From an uncultured Gammaproteobacteria bacterium (GTDB taxonomy: Bacteria > Pseudomonadota > Gammaproteobacteria > CAWCPV01): a stretch of 64,000 nt of DNA. Below, piece by piece: positions 1 to 10,745 of the stretch; the first letter of the stretch is position 1, and each line of letters begins with the position of its first letter. The stretch lies in assembly GCA_963797555.1 (NCBI GenBank), contig CAWCPV010000004.1, forward strand, positions 64,001 through 128,000, read 5' to 3'. Under the pieces are notes generated by a model. It did not search any database and was not told the DNA's origin. It was given only the letters and a program-made list of their open reading frames with translations. The position numbers and the translations under genes are program-made.

Positions 1-226
1 CTCAAGGAAGGTTGTGTATACCAGGGACGCCCGCGCCGAAGGCCCCCAAACCAGGCCCGCAGGCCCGAGAGGAGACTCCTCACCGGGCAACTTTCATGGT
101 CGAGCATCGGTGGGCCCGCGAGTGCGAACTGGCTCCGGCAACCGCAGCCGTCCGGGCGCCCCCGGCCCCGGGGACGCGGAGCCCCCGGCATGGCGACGGC
201 CGCAGAAGGCCGCGCCGCCGGCTGCC

Positions 227-2164
227 TCAGCTCGGCGCTGCCCTGATCCCGCGCGCCACCAACTCCCTCACCTTCGCCTGGATCGAGTCCGGGTCCAGAC
301 CCTGGTGGTAGAACTGCTCCCACAGGCCGCCCGAGCCCTCCCTGTGGGCGCCGATGTGGTCGTACGCCGGCGCATGGCCGCGCTGCAGCAGCCATGTTCC
401 AAACCGCGAGCCCAGTCCCGTGCGCCGGCTCAGTGACTCGACGACCAGCACGAACGGCGACGATCCGACCTTCGCCAGCGCTTCCTCATCGATCACGTTC
501 AGCGTCACCTTGTTGATGAGACCGACGTCCAGCCCCTGTTGTTTCAGCCGCTCGACCGCATCGAGCGCCCGATACAGGGCGTCGCCGAAGGTGACGATGT
601 AGCCGGCCGTGCCTTCGCGCACGATCTCGTCCTTGCCGGGCTGGAAGACGTACCCGTCGCCGTGCAGATCCCTGCCGTTGGCGTCGAGGATGTTCGGCGT
701 CGTGGATCGGGTCGAAAATACGAACCGCAGCCCCGGGTCCTTGAACACCCGCCGGATGCAGGCGCTCATCTGGGCCGCGTCCGCGGGGAAATAGAGCCTG
801 GTCTCGTAGCCGTCGTCCAGCCCGTTGTCGGCGAAGAAGTTGTTCAGGCCGAAGTGGCAGGTGTTGTCGGCCATGTCGTCGATGCCGGCGTGCGAAAAGT
901 GGCACAGCACATTGGAGAAATTCAGTCGGGCCATGGTGATCTCGCTCACGCACATCTCGAGGAACGCGCTGAACGTGCCGAAGATGCCCTGCTTCCCCTG
1001 CTCGTAGCCGAATCCCGCCGCAGCGGAGAAGTTGCTGCGCTCCATGATGCCGCTGGAGACGAATATTTCCGGATGGGCCGTATGGATCTTGTTCAGCCCG
1101 GTGGAGCCCTCCAGGTCCGAGTCGATGCACATGACCGTGGCCCTGCGTGTTGCCTCGTCCATGCCGTCGAGCACCTGCGCCACCGCCGAGCCGAACACGT
1201 TGCGATTCGAGCCCCAATTGTCGCCCGAGCCGAGGAACCGGTAGCCGTGCTGCTCCTTCCGGATGGACTTGAGATAGGCGACCGCATCGCTGCGGCGCGA
1301 TCCCAGATACTGGATGGCCAGATCGACCTTGATCACGTCGTGCGCGTGCGGCGAGCCTTCGAGGCCCACGATGCCGACCGCCATCTTGCGCTTGACCACC
1401 ACGGCGACCGGGCCGTCGGTCACGGCCGCCTCGCGGAGTGCCGCGTACAGCGCGTCCAGGTCTTCGCCATCGCAGCGCAGGACCTTCAGGCCGTGCCCGG
1501 CGAGCGTCTTGCCCACATCGTAGCCGGGCAGGTACTTCGACGGGTGGCCGGCGATCGTCACGTCGTTGTCGTCGACGAGGATCTTGACGTTCAGCCCCTT
1601 CGCCACCGCGAGCCGCGCCGCCTCGGCGTCGTTGCCCTCTTGCTGCGAACCGTCGGAGCCGAGACAGAACACCGTTTTGCCTGGGTTCGCCATGGCCACG
1701 CCGTTGACGTAGGACCACATGTGCCCGAGGCGCCCCGACGAGAACTGGACGCCCGGCGTTAGCCCGCGCTCGGGATGACCTGGGAGGCGCGAGTGGGCCT
1801 CGCGGTAATGCACCAGCCGCTCAGGCTCCAGCTCGCCGTGCAGCGCCGCCATCAGGTACTGCGTCGCTACGCGGTGGCCGGCCTCGTCGAAGAAGATCGG
1901 CACGAACCTCTCCGGTGCCCCGCGGAAGAAGGCGTCCATGATCACCACCTCCGGCGCCGTGTCGTACGGCCCCCCGGTGTGTCCGCCCAGCCCCTTCGCG
2001 GCCGCCGTCGCCGTGAAGAAGACGATCGCATCGCGGCAGAGGGCGACGTTCGCTTTCAACGTCGCGCGCTGATGGTCGTCAAGGGTCTGCGTCAGCCAGG
2101 GGTTGACGGCGATCTTGCGGTACTCGCCCAGGTCGATCGGAAACGAGGTGGTCGCGGTGGTCAT
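227..2164 (-). CDS. Transketolase-like TPP-dependent enzyme
   Basis: GGHTGG, LPGHPE, SGRLGH, TPP motif GSDGSQQEG..DDN, DSDLEGST and a C-terminal transketolase domain. Start moved to MTTATT at 2164 because AGGAG lies just upstream. Confidence 0.8.
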   Translation of the reverse strand: MTTATTSFPIDLGEYRKIAVNPWLTQTLDDHQRATLKANVALCRDAIVFFTATAAAKGLGGHTGGPYDTAPEVVIMDAFFRGAPERFVPIFFDEAGHRVATQYLMAALHGELEPERLVHYREAHSRLPGHPERGLTPGVQFSSGRLGHMWSYVNGVAMANPGKTVFCLGSDGSQQEGNDAEAARLAVAKGLNVKILVDDNDVTIAGHPSKYLPGYDVGKTLAGHGLKVLRCDGEDLDALYAALREAAVTDGPVAVVVKRKMAVGIVGLEGSPHAHDVIKVDLAIQYLGSRRSDAVAYLKSIRKEQHGYRFLGSGDNWGSNRNVFGSAVAQVLDGMDEATRRATVMCIDSDLEGSTGLNKIHTAHPEIFVSSGIMERSNFSAAAGFGYEQGKQGIFGTFSAFLEMCVSEITMARLNFSNVLCHFSHAGIDDMADNTCHFGLNNFFADNGLDDGYETRLYFPADAAQMSACIRRVFKDPGLRFVFSTRSTTPNILDANGRDLHGDGYVFQPGKDEIVREGTAGYIVTFGDALYRALDAVERLKQQGLDVGLINKVTLNVIDEEALAKVGSSPFVLVVESLSRRTGLGSRFGTWLLQRGHAPAYDHIGAHREGSGGLWEQFYHQGLDPDSIQAKVRELVARGIRAAPS

Positions 2165-2481
2165 CGCAGGTGGGCTCCTGTAGATGCGTTCGGATGGAAT
2201 AAGCGCGTGCGACAACTCTGCTGCGCGTCCCGATAGCGGCGTTGCGCGCTGTGCTCGGTGCGCCCGGCTCTCCGGGCCGCGTGCGAGCATATCATCACCA
2301 GCTCCGAGCACATCGCCGTGTCGCGGCGGCCATCGGATTATCGAGAAATGATGCCGCTTCCGCAACACGGCACGGCGGAGACGACGGTCACGCGGCCGCG
2401 GCGGCCATGCGGTGACTCCGGTGCGGCGTCGGTCCCTGGCGCCGGCTACCGCACCCCAGGGGTATAAGCCGCGGCAGGCGG

Positions 2482-4245
2482 CTAGAGATCGATGACCACG
2501 TCACTGCTCGGCGTGGAGCAGCACACGAGCACATTGCCATCGGCCGGCGCGTCGAGCGGTTCGGGGAGGTAGGCGACGGTGCCATCGACCAGGCCGCTCT
2601 CGCACCGATGGCACATCCCGGTGCGGCACGACCACCCGACCGGAACGTCGCATGCCTCGGCCAGCTCGAGCAGGCTGCCGAAGGATGCATCCCAGCGCAC
2701 CGTCAGCCCCGAGCGTGCGAACGCGACCTGCGGGCCGGTGCCGGTCATGCCCGGCGGCGCGTGCGGCGGGCGCAGAGGTTGCGCGACCATTTCGGGTCGA
2801 GTGATGGCCTCGGGGCCGAATACTTCTCTGCGAACACGCTCTGGCGGGACGTCCCATGCCGCGAGTCCCGCCGCCACGTCGCGCATGAACGCCTGAGGGC
2901 CGCACAGATAGAAATCAGACTCGCGCGGCAGCCCAAGCTGGCGCATCCGCTCCGCGCTCAGGTGGCCGACAGCGTCGTAGTCGCGTCCAGGGAGGTCCTG
3001 CTCACCAGGACGACTGTAAAACACGTAGCTGCGGGCGTTACCGAGCTGGGCGACCAGCGCTCTGACTTCCTCCGCGAACGCATGCTCTTCGCGGCAACGT
3101 GCACCATGGACCCACCAAACCTCGCGCGGGCTCTTCGCCGACGCCAGCCAGGCGAGCATCGCGAGGACAGGGGTCGCACCCACGCCCGCGCTCGCCAAGA
3201 CCACCGGCGAAGTCGCCGTCGGGTCGAGCGAGAACGCTCCCCGGGGCGCGCCGACGTCGAGCACGTCACCGGCTCTCGCCACGGTGTGCAGGTAGGTGCT
3301 CGCGAGTCCGTCGCGTTCAAGCTTGACGCTGATCCGGCAGTGGTCGGGATGGGGAGGTGTCGACACCGAGTAGCTGCGCAGCACCGCGCGATCGCGCCCG
3401 GGCAGCCGCAGGCGCACGATGAGGAACTGGCCCGCCGAGAAGTCGGGTATCGGCCGTCCGTCCGCGGGCACCAGCCGGTAAGAGGTGACAGTGCGACTCT
3501 CACGGCGAATCGAAGCGATCCGAAACGGCCGGAACCCGGACCATGCGGGCAGGGGCGCGGGCGAGGGCGCAAGGCCGCGGTTGCCTTCGCGCTTGCCCTC
3601 CCGTTCGGCCTGGTCGAGCAGCGCGGAGAACGAGCCTCGCCAGCCCTGCGACAGCGCCGGGATGGAGAGGGCAAGCGTCAGCCTGTCCGGCGCGTGGCCA
3701 GGCAGGTAGAGCAGGTTGCTGATCTCCTGCACGGTCATCCCGTGGGGACCGCGCGCCATCCGTTCGACTTCGTCGCCGGGACCGACTTCCCCCTCGCGGA
3801 GAACCCGCAGATAGTAGCCGGGCCGGCCGTGGGAGACGAATAGAGCCGGCATGCGCGGCTCGTTCATGCGAATGCCGAGCCGGTAGCAGGTCACGCGGGG
3901 CTGGGTCACCTCGAACGCGGCGCTGCCGATGCGAAACCGGTCACCGATGCAGACCTCGTCGTCGGGCATCCCCTCGACCGTGAAGTTCTCGCCGAACTGT
4001 CCGTATCCGAAGTCCGTTCGCCCCAGGAACTTCTCCCAATAACGATAGGACTCGATGCTGTAGACGCACACGGCGCGGTGCTCGCCACCGTGAGCCTTGA
4101 GGTCTCCCTGGCCGTCCCCGTCGATGTTGGCCTTCCGCACCCAGCGACGCCCATCGACCGGACGCTTCCAGATGCCCGTCCGGATGGTCTTCCCTTTCCA
4201 CTGGATGTCCTGGGGTCGCCCAACGTTCACCGACAGCAGGCGCAT
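2482..4245 (-). CDS. MOSC + FAD/NAD-binding reductase + 2Fe-2S ferredoxin multidomain oxidoreductase
   Basis: MOSC motifs (HGG, FGENFT, VTQPRVTC), RSYS, AGVGATP, YLCGP, and C-terminal CRTGMCHRC..C. AAGGAGG precedes MRLLSV. Confidence 0.9.
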   Translation of the reverse strand: MRLLSVNVGRPQDIQWKGKTIRTGIWKRPVDGRRWVRKANIDGDGQGDLKAHGGEHRAVCVYSIESYRYWEKFLGRTDFGYGQFGENFTVEGMPDDEVCIGDRFRIGSAAFEVTQPRVTCYRLGIRMNEPRMPALFVSHGRPGYYLRVLREGEVGPGDEVERMARGPHGMTVQEISNLLYLPGHAPDRLTLALSIPALSQGWRGSFSALLDQAEREGKREGNRGLAPSPAPLPAWSGFRPFRIASIRRESRTVTSYRLVPADGRPIPDFSAGQFLIVRLRLPGRDRAVLRSYSVSTPPHPDHCRISVKLERDGLASTYLHTVARAGDVLDVGAPRGAFSLDPTATSPVVLASAGVGATPVLAMLAWLASAKSPREVWWVHGARCREEHAFAEEVRALVAQLGNARSYVFYSRPGEQDLPGRDYDAVGHLSAERMRQLGLPRESDFYLCGPQAFMRDVAAGLAAWDVPPERVRREVFGPEAITRPEMVAQPLRPPHAPPGMTGTGPQVAFARSGLTVRWDASFGSLLELAEACDVPVGWSCRTGMCHRCESGLVDGTVAYLPEPLDAPADGNVLVCCSTPSSDVVIDL

Positions 4246-4617
4246 CCCGTGGCCCTCCTTGCTGCTGCGCAAAACCGAGTGGGCCCGTGACTCCGCAACG
4301 GGCGCCTTGGTGCGGCGCGCCGCTCAGGGTGCGACCCTCGAAACGAGGTCAGGCGCGTGGACCCGCTCCGTTCAGGGTCGGAACACCCTCGATGGCCGGG
4401 CCAACTCGAGGGGAATCGATCTCTTCGCATCCGGCCGGCTCTCGTGCATCGGACCCCAGCCTGAACCAGCGGCGGCAGGATCGGAGAAGGGTCAGATGCA
4501 CCGCCGGGGGCCAGGAGGGCCTGATGTGGTCCTGGGCGAGGTGGGGTGTGGCCGGTTGCACATCGCGTGCTCATCGAATGTGAGCCTGCCGGGCCGATGG
4601 AGCGGGCGGGGCGGGTT

Positions 4618-4878
4618 TCATTCGAGGAAGATTTCGTCGACGTAGCACCAGCGCCAGTGCTCGCCCGGCTCGAAGGCTTCGATGATCGGATGCCGCGTCG
4701 CGTGAAAGTGTTTCGTGGCGTGCGTATTCTTGGACGAGTCGCAGCAGCCGACGTGGCCGCAAGTCTGGCAAAGGCGCAGCTCGACCCAGGTGTCGCCCAT
4801 CTCCACGCATTCCTTGCAGCCCGGGCCGCTGGGCGTAACTTCGCGAATCTCTTTGATGTGGTCGCAGAGCTGTTTCAT
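4618..4878 (-). CDS. UBP-type zinc finger protein
   Basis: CDH..GCKEC..WVELRLCQTCGHVGCCDSS..HATKHFH..HP..WCY pattern. Confidence 0.85.
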   Translation of the reverse strand: MKQLCDHIKEIREVTPSGPGCKECVEMGDTWVELRLCQTCGHVGCCDSSKNTHATKHFHATRHPIIEAFEPGEHWRWCYVDEIFLE

Positions 4879-4971
4879 GATGGTTCCCTCTGCGGCGGCA
4901 GCCCCATACACGGACCGCCGGGCTCGCACCGATGTCGCTGCCGGAACTCTTCGCCGTCTGCGGCCGAGAGC

Positions 4972-5923
4972 CTAGGCAGCCAGGATTTCTCGTTCGGCGA
5001 CCCGCAATACCAGCTTCCCGCGGGTATGGCCTTTCAGTCCGCGCTCGAAAGCCTCACGGGCGCGGTGCAAGGGCAGGAACGTCGGCCACGATCGGGCGGA
5101 GCTTGCCTGAATCGATGAGTCCGGCGATCTCCATCAATTGCGGCCGGCTCGGCTTCACGATGAAGAATACGCCGCGCACTCCGTGTGCGTCAGCCTTGTC
5201 CGCGGGTGGAGGAGCGGGAAGCGTGATCAGCACCCCGCCGCGTCGCAGGATCCCCCAGGAGCGCTCCAGGGTATCGCCTCCGATGGTGTCGAGGACGACA
5301 TCGAGGTCCTGGGTCTGGTCCTCGAAGCGCCCCGAGGTGTAATCGATGATCTCGTCGGCGCCGAGAGCCCGCAGGAACTGGAAGTTGCCGGGAGACGCCG
5401 TTGCGATCACCTGGGCCCCGCGCCATTTCCCCAACTGCACCGCGAAGGTCCCGACGCCGCCGGCTGCGCCATGGATCAGGACCCGCTGGCCGGCGCCCAG
5501 ATCGGCGTGTTCGAAGAATGCCTGCCACACCGTGAGCGCCGACAACGGGACGGCTGCGGCCTGGATGTGGTCCAGGGCCTGCGGCTTCGGCGCCAGGTCT
5601 GCTGCGCGGACCGCCACGTACTCCGCGGCGCTGCCGTCCCGGCAGAACTCGGTGAGTGCGTATACCGCGTCGCCAACCTCGACCTCCGTCACCCCGGCGG
5701 TGACCTGCTCGACCACCCCGGAGAGCTCGTGGCCCGGTATGGAAGGGATGCGCTCGGCGCCGTCGCAAGTCCGGTAGGTCTCTGCCCACGACAGCTCGGC
5801 TGGCGTGATGCTGCTCGCGTATACACGCACGAGGGCGTAGCCGGGCGGCGGGAGGGGCTTCGGCGCGTCCTCGTAGACGAGCTGCTCCGGGCCGCCCCGG
5901 CCGCGCAAACGTATGGCTTTCAT
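4972..5923 (-). CDS. NADP-dependent quinone oxidoreductase (MDR family), one-base frameshift near 5078
   Basis: IPGHELSG and IHGAAGGVG. The canonical C-terminus LPLHRAREAFERGLKGHTRGKLVLRV continues in a shifted frame to TAG at 4972. Span is 3n+1. Confidence 0.85.
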
Positions 5924-6160
5924 GTCTTCAACTCCTGAGTCCGCGGCCGCAATTCGAACCGCTGCTGCGAGCCTGCCGCCTGGCCGAGAGCGGTGGGCGG
6001 AGTGCATAGCTCGTGCTGTCCCTGGCCTGTTCGGTACGCTCTGTTCAGAATGCGTGAAAAGGTCGCTGTAGCCCTCGCCGCTCTCTCACCATAGTATAAA
6101 GACACGTTCAATTGCAGCGCCGGACTCATCCGCCCCTCCGGCAGCTCTCAACCTCGCAGC

Positions 6161-6599
6161 CTACCGGATGGGTACTACGACTTGCTCCTCCTTCTTCGAG
6201 ATCACAAAGGCCAAGAGCTTGGCCGGCTCGGTCGCACTCGCATTCCGGGAGACCAAGTGGGGCTGCTTCGGGCTCTCATACCAGCTCTGCCCGGCGTGGT
6301 ACGTGGCCGGCGCCTGTCCCTTCAGTTGAGACCTCACCGACCCTTCCAGGACGTAGGCGAATACCGGGCCGGGGTGGTAATGGGACGGCGAGCGACCTCC
6401 AGGCGCGTACTCGACCAACGCCAGCGTCGCCTCCATGCCGGGCCCGTCGGGGAGATCACGCTGTAGCAGCACCCGTGACCTTTTCGCCTTGCGCCGGGTC
6501 GGCCTGGGCTGTCACGGCGCCCGGCACTGCGATCAGGCCGGTCATGAGCGCCAATACGAGCGTGCCGGCCTTCGGTGCGTGCATTTCAGTGGATTGCAT
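6161..6599 (-). CDS. Secreted cupin domain protein, extra G near 6473
   Basis: Signal-peptide frame (MQSTE..AQA) joins the cupin frame (SHYHPG..YVLEG..WYE..PH) if ACGGGTG is read as ACG GTG. Confidence 0.8.
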
Positions 6600-6796
6600 A
6601 TCCGTTCCTCCTTGACTGGTGAGGCGACGCGCTCCGCAAGCTGTGACCACCAGCGCTCACCGACCGATCCAGGATACGCCGCACGGCCGCGCTGCTCGAG
6701 TGCCCGCGCAGCGACAGCGCTCCGATGCACGTCCGGCTCGTCGGCGCGCCCCGCTCCACGCCCCGTCTGCGGGAGTCACTACGCGGACAATGGGGG

Positions 6797-7810
6797 TTAT
6801 GGATAGCCCACGTCGCTACGTACCTTGCCGCGGAACACCCAGTAGGACCACCCCGTGTAGAGAAGAATAATCGGCAACAGGGGCAGTGTGCCCACCAACA
6901 GGAACGCTTGCGTGCTCGGGGAGGAGGCAGCCTCCCAGAGCGTGAAACGGAAGGGGACGATCATCGGCCACAGACTGATGAACAGGCCGAGATAGGCCAG
7001 CAGGAACAGTCCGACGGCGCCGATGAACGGCGCCGCTTCCGAATCGTTGTGGAGCGACCGCCAGACCCAGAGCGCCAGCAACAGCGTCAGGATCGGAACC
7101 GGCCATAGGAACGCCGGATTCGGCCAGGAGAACCAGCGTTGTGCGACAGAGGGGGAGAGAAATGGTGTCCAGACGCTGACGACACCGATAGCCGCGACCA
7201 CGCCCCAGAAGCACCGCCGTCCCATGCGGCGCGCCCACTGCTGCAGAGCCCCGTCGGTCTTGAGGATCAGCCAGCCTGCGCCGATCAACGCATAGCCGAA
7301 GAGCAGCGCGAGGCCAGTGAAGGCCGAAAAAGCGGTGAAGCAATCGAGCGAAGTTCCGCTGAAGTGCCGCCCGGCGGTCTGGAAACCCTGGACGAAGGCG
7401 CCGAGAACCGTGCCCTGGGCGAAGGTCGCAATCGCCGAGCCGGCGAAGAAACCGCGGTCCCAAAAAGTTGGGCGTTCGGCCTCCTTGGGGCGAAATTCGA
7501 ACGCCACGCCGCGAAAGACGAGCGCCAGCAGCATGACCAGGATCGGGAAATAGACCGCCGGGATGATGATGGCGAAGGCCAGCGGAAACGCGGCGAGCAG
7601 TCCGACCCCGCCCAGCACCAGCCAGGTCTCGTTGCCGTCCCAGATCGGGGCGATGGATCTCATCACCACGTCGCGTGAGGGCGCGTCGGGCGCAAAGCCG
7701 CAAAGGATGCCCACTCCGAGATCGAATCCGTCCAGCAGCACGTAAAAAAACACGCCCAGACCTAGAATGACGGTCCAAACGCCCACGAAATCCAGAACGG
7801 GTGGTGTCAT
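6797..7810 (-). CDS. cydB: Cytochrome bd ubiquinol oxidase subunit II
   Basis: LDGFDLGVG, WDGNETWL, FRGVAFEFR and YWVFRGKV. ATGA overlap with cydA. Confidence 0.95.
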   Translation of the reverse strand: MTPPVLDFVGVWTVILGLGVFFYVLLDGFDLGVGILCGFAPDAPSRDVVMRSIAPIWDGNETWLVLGGVGLLAAFPLAFAIIIPAVYFPILVMLLALVFRGVAFEFRPKEAERPTFWDRGFFAGSAIATFAQGTVLGAFVQGFQTAGRHFSGTSLDCFTAFSAFTGLALLFGYALIGAGWLILKTDGALQQWARRMGRRCFWGVVAAIGVVSVWTPFLSPSVAQRWFSWPNPAFLWPVPILTLLLALWVWRSLHNDSEAAPFIGAVGLFLLAYLGLFISLWPMIVPFRFTLWEAASSPSTQAFLLVGTLPLLPIILLYTGWSYWVFRGKVRSDVGYP

Positions 7811-9213
7811 GGTGCGTTCCTCTTGGGCTCGGCGGCGGGGGGCAGCGCATGCACCGGGGCTGCGGGCCGGCCGCTTCCCATCGGCGGCTTCTCGGCTACC
7901 GCTTCCGACGGTCCCTGACGCACGATGCGCGCCATCATCAGGAGACCGGTGGGATATACGACCAAGTAGACGAGCCCGTAACCCAGCAGAGACAGCAGGA
8001 CGTCGCTCCCGGTGAGGGACGGGGACACCGAATCCGCCGTGCGCAGCATCCCGTAAACCGTCCACGGTTGTCGGCCTACCTCGGTCGTCGTCCAGCCGGC
8101 GAGCACGGCGATGAAGCCGAGCGGCGCGGCGAACTCGCAGGTGCGCACGAACCACGCAGTCTCGAAGAGACGTCGCCGTGCCCGCAATACCCAGCTCGCG
8201 GCCACCAGGGCGAGCATCAGGATGCCTATCCCGACCATGATCCGGAACGCGAAGAACACGATGGCCACCGGCGGTCGCTCGTCGGGTCGCCATTCTTTGA
8301 GCCCGCGGACGGTGCCGTTCAGGCTATGGGTCAGGATCAAGCTGCCGAGGTACGGAATGTCGATGGCCAGCCTGTTGCGCTCCCTTTTTTGATCGGGGAT
8401 CGCGAAGAGTGTCAACGGCATCCCCGCCACGGTCTCCCAGCGCCCCTCGATGGCGGCCGCCTTGACGGGCTGATATTCGAGGGTATTGAGGCCGTGCTGA
8501 TCGCCAAGCAGCAGTTGCAGCGGCACGAGGACTGTCAGCAGCCACAGGGTCATGGACAGAGTCGTGCGGCCTTCTTGCACGAAGCGGCCGCGCCGGATCA
8601 TGTAGGCGGCTACGCCGAGCGCGACGAACCCGGCCGTTACGTAGAAGGCGGTGACGGTGTGCGCCAGCCGATAAGGAAACGACGGGCTGAATATGATGTG
8701 CAGCCAGGACTTGGGAAAGAAGCGACCGTCGATGACCTCGTAACCGGCCGGGGTCTGCATCCAGCTATTGACCGCAAGGATCCAGAACGAGGAGAACAGC
8801 GTACCGACCGCGACCATCAAGGCGGCGAGAAAATGTACCCAGCGGGGCACCAGTCTTCGTCCGAACAGCAGGACACCGAGAAAGGCCGCCTCGAGGAAGA
8901 ACGCCATGATGCCTTCGTAAGCCAGGAGCGGCCCGATCACGTTGGACGCGGCATCGGCGAAACGGCTCCAGTTGGTGCCAAACTGGAACGGCATCACGAC
9001 GCCGGATACGACACCCATGCCGAAAGACACCGCGAAAATCTTGATCCAGAAATCCGCCATCCGGAGATAGATTTCCTCTCCGGTTTTCAGGTACATGCCT
9101 TCGAGCACCGCGATATAGGAGGCGAGGCCCACGGTGAAGGCCGGCAACAGGATATGCCAGCCGATTACCCAAGCGAACTGCAGCCGCGACAGCAATACCG
9201 GGTCGAGATGCAC
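7807..9213 (-). CDS. cydA: Cytochrome bd ubiquinol oxidase subunit I (short Q-loop, CioA-like)
   Basis: FQFGTNW, FFLEA, NSWMQTP, QPVKAAAIE and EVGRQPW. 468 aa. Confidence 0.95.
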   Translation of the reverse strand: MHLDPVLLSRLQFAWVIGWHILLPAFTVGLASYIAVLEGMYLKTGEEIYLRMADFWIKIFAVSFGMGVVSGVVMPFQFGTNWSRFADAASNVIGPLLAYEGIMAFFLEAAFLGVLLFGRRLVPRWVHFLAALMVAVGTLFSSFWILAVNSWMQTPAGYEVIDGRFFPKSWLHIIFSPSFPYRLAHTVTAFYVTAGFVALGVAAYMIRRGRFVQEGRTTLSMTLWLLTVLVPLQLLLGDQHGLNTLEYQPVKAAAIEGRWETVAGMPLTLFAIPDQKRERNRLAIDIPYLGSLILTHSLNGTVRGLKEWRPDERPPVAIVFFAFRIMVGIGILMLALVAASWVLRARRRLFETAWFVRTCEFAAPLGFIAVLAGWTTTEVGRQPWTVYGMLRTADSVSPSLTGSDVLLSLLGYGLVYLVVYPTGLLMMARIVRQGPSEAVAEKPPMGSGRPAAPVHALPPAAEPKRNAP

Positions 9214-9273
9214 TGGTTCCTCTATTCGTCCCTGCCGCTATGGCCCATTGGCCTGCGGCAGCGGCGCCTCGCG

Positions 9274-10077
9274 TCAGCGCCGAGCGGGGCCTGCCGACTG
9301 CTCCCCGAGCGCTGCCCGCGCGCGCAGAAACCCCTGGGAGGACTTGACGGCGAAGCGCGGAACCTGCAGAAGCATCTGCTGCAGGGCGCGGGCCCTCTCC
9401 GGGTCGGCCAAATGAGATGCCCCATCGGCGCCGGGAAGGCGCCGGGCGACCGTGAGCATGGCATGGGGGTCGAAGCCGGCGTTCGAGAGGAGCCGCACGG
9501 CGTAGCGGTCTGCTTCGCGCTCCTTGGAGGGCTCGATCACCTGCGTGAGGGAGCCGATGGCGGCATAACGGGTGCCGCCGTCTTCCCGATTCCCTCCGCC
9601 GAACACGTCGAGGAGTTGCTCCCACAGCGTTGGTGGCGGGCCCGCACACAGATGCCCGGCGAGCTCGTGACCCATCTCGTGGCCAAGCACCGCGGCGAGC
9701 TCGGACTCGTTGTGCGCAAAAAGGAGGGTGCCGTCCGTTACGAACACGTGCCCATCGCCTACGGCGAAGGCATATACGGACCGGTCGCGGATGACGTGAA
9801 ACCGCCACCTCGGGGGTAGCTGCCCAGGGACTGGGGAAGCAGCGCGCGCGAGCCGCAACCCCAGCCCCTGCACGTAGGCCGCGATGGGATCCCCGGATGC
9901 TCGCAGCGGCCACTCTTCCTGAACCCTGCGCACCGTCGTTTGGGCTCCCTGCTCGTCACAGGGGGTGCCCGCAAGCGGCCATCCCAGACCACCGACGCCG
10001 CCCACCGCGAGCCACCAGACCGCGCCGACCCGAACGCCAGCCCGGCGTTGCAAGGCCCCTCGGGGAGCCGCCCTCAT
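9274..10077 (-). CDS. M48 family metallopeptidase
   Basis: YAFA..G, ELAAVLGHEMGH, EREADRY and SH(L) motifs. Proposed ATG overlaps the upstream TGA. Confidence 0.8.
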   Translation of the reverse strand: MRAAPRGALQRRAGVRVGAVWWLAVGGVGGLGWPLAGTPCDEQGAQTTVRRVQEEWPLRASGDPIAAYVQGLGLRLARAASPVPGQLPPRWRFHVIRDRSVYAFAVGDGHVFVTDGTLLFAHNESELAAVLGHEMGHELAGHLCAGPPPTLWEQLLDVFGGGNREDGGTRYAAIGSLTQVIEPSKEREADRYAVRLLSNAGFDPHAMLTVARRLPGADGASHLADPERARALQQMLLQVPRFAVKSSQGFLRARAALGEQSAGPARR

Positions 10078-10694
10078 CCCGCCCCGACGTAGAAGACCGA
10101 AGTCTGGGAATCGGAGACGGTTCCGGCCTGAACCTTGTGCTCGATAACGTAAGTTCCGTGGGGGGCGTTCCCTGGTATCGGAATCCCGGCTTGTGCCACG
10201 TAGCCGCCGGCAGAGCGTTGTACGGGGGGCTGCGCGAGGTTGGCGAGCACTTTGCCGTCTTTGGTCAGCGCCCACGACTCGACCACATCGACCTGCGAGG
10301 TCCCAGGGGGCAGGATGACCGAGTAGTCCGTCGATACGTTGACTTCCTGGCCGGGCTGCACGTTCTGGGGCGCAGCGCTGGACTTGCGCACGACCACCGA
10401 GGTGCTGTCGGGTGGAGCCGTCAAGCCATAGATCCGGTTGTCCGACTGCGAAGAACGTACTTGAGCTGAACGATACTGGCTCACCTTCACGGTTCCCCAG
10501 CCGATGGCCGCTCCGGCCGCGGCGGACGCCAGGCATGCTGCCGTGTTACCATGCAGCGCGGTACAGAGCAGTCCGCCCGCCAGGCCGCCGACTGCCGCCC
10601 CCCCGAGCTGTTGGTTCTGTTCGGTGGTTGCGCAGCCTGCGGCGAGGCTTAGAGAAAGCGCAACCACGACTGCGCACTTCACTGGTCCAGACAT
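10074..10694 (-). CDS. Glycine-zipper lipoprotein
   Basis: Lipobox LAAG-C, then GGAAVGGLAGG..AAAGAAIGWG and a beta-rich C-terminal domain. Confidence 0.75.
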   Translation of the reverse strand: MSGPVKCAVVVALSLSLAAGCATTEQNQQLGGAAVGGLAGGLLCTALHGNTAACLASAAAGAAIGWGTVKVSQYRSAQVRSSQSDNRIYGLTAPPDSTSVVVRKSSAAPQNVQPGQEVNVSTDYSVILPPGTSQVDVVESWALTKDGKVLANLAQPPVQRSAGGYVAQAGIPIPGNAPHGTYVIEHKVQAGTVSDSQTSVFYVGAG

Positions 10695-10745
10695 CGCTTT
10701 TCCTCCCTCAGTCATGAAGATGGGAATTCAGGATTGCGGCAACGC

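Noticed and set aside
11-29. TGTGTATACCAGGG resembling an IS50-type end at the window start
   Set aside because: Only about 9 nt match and no transposase is visible in the window.
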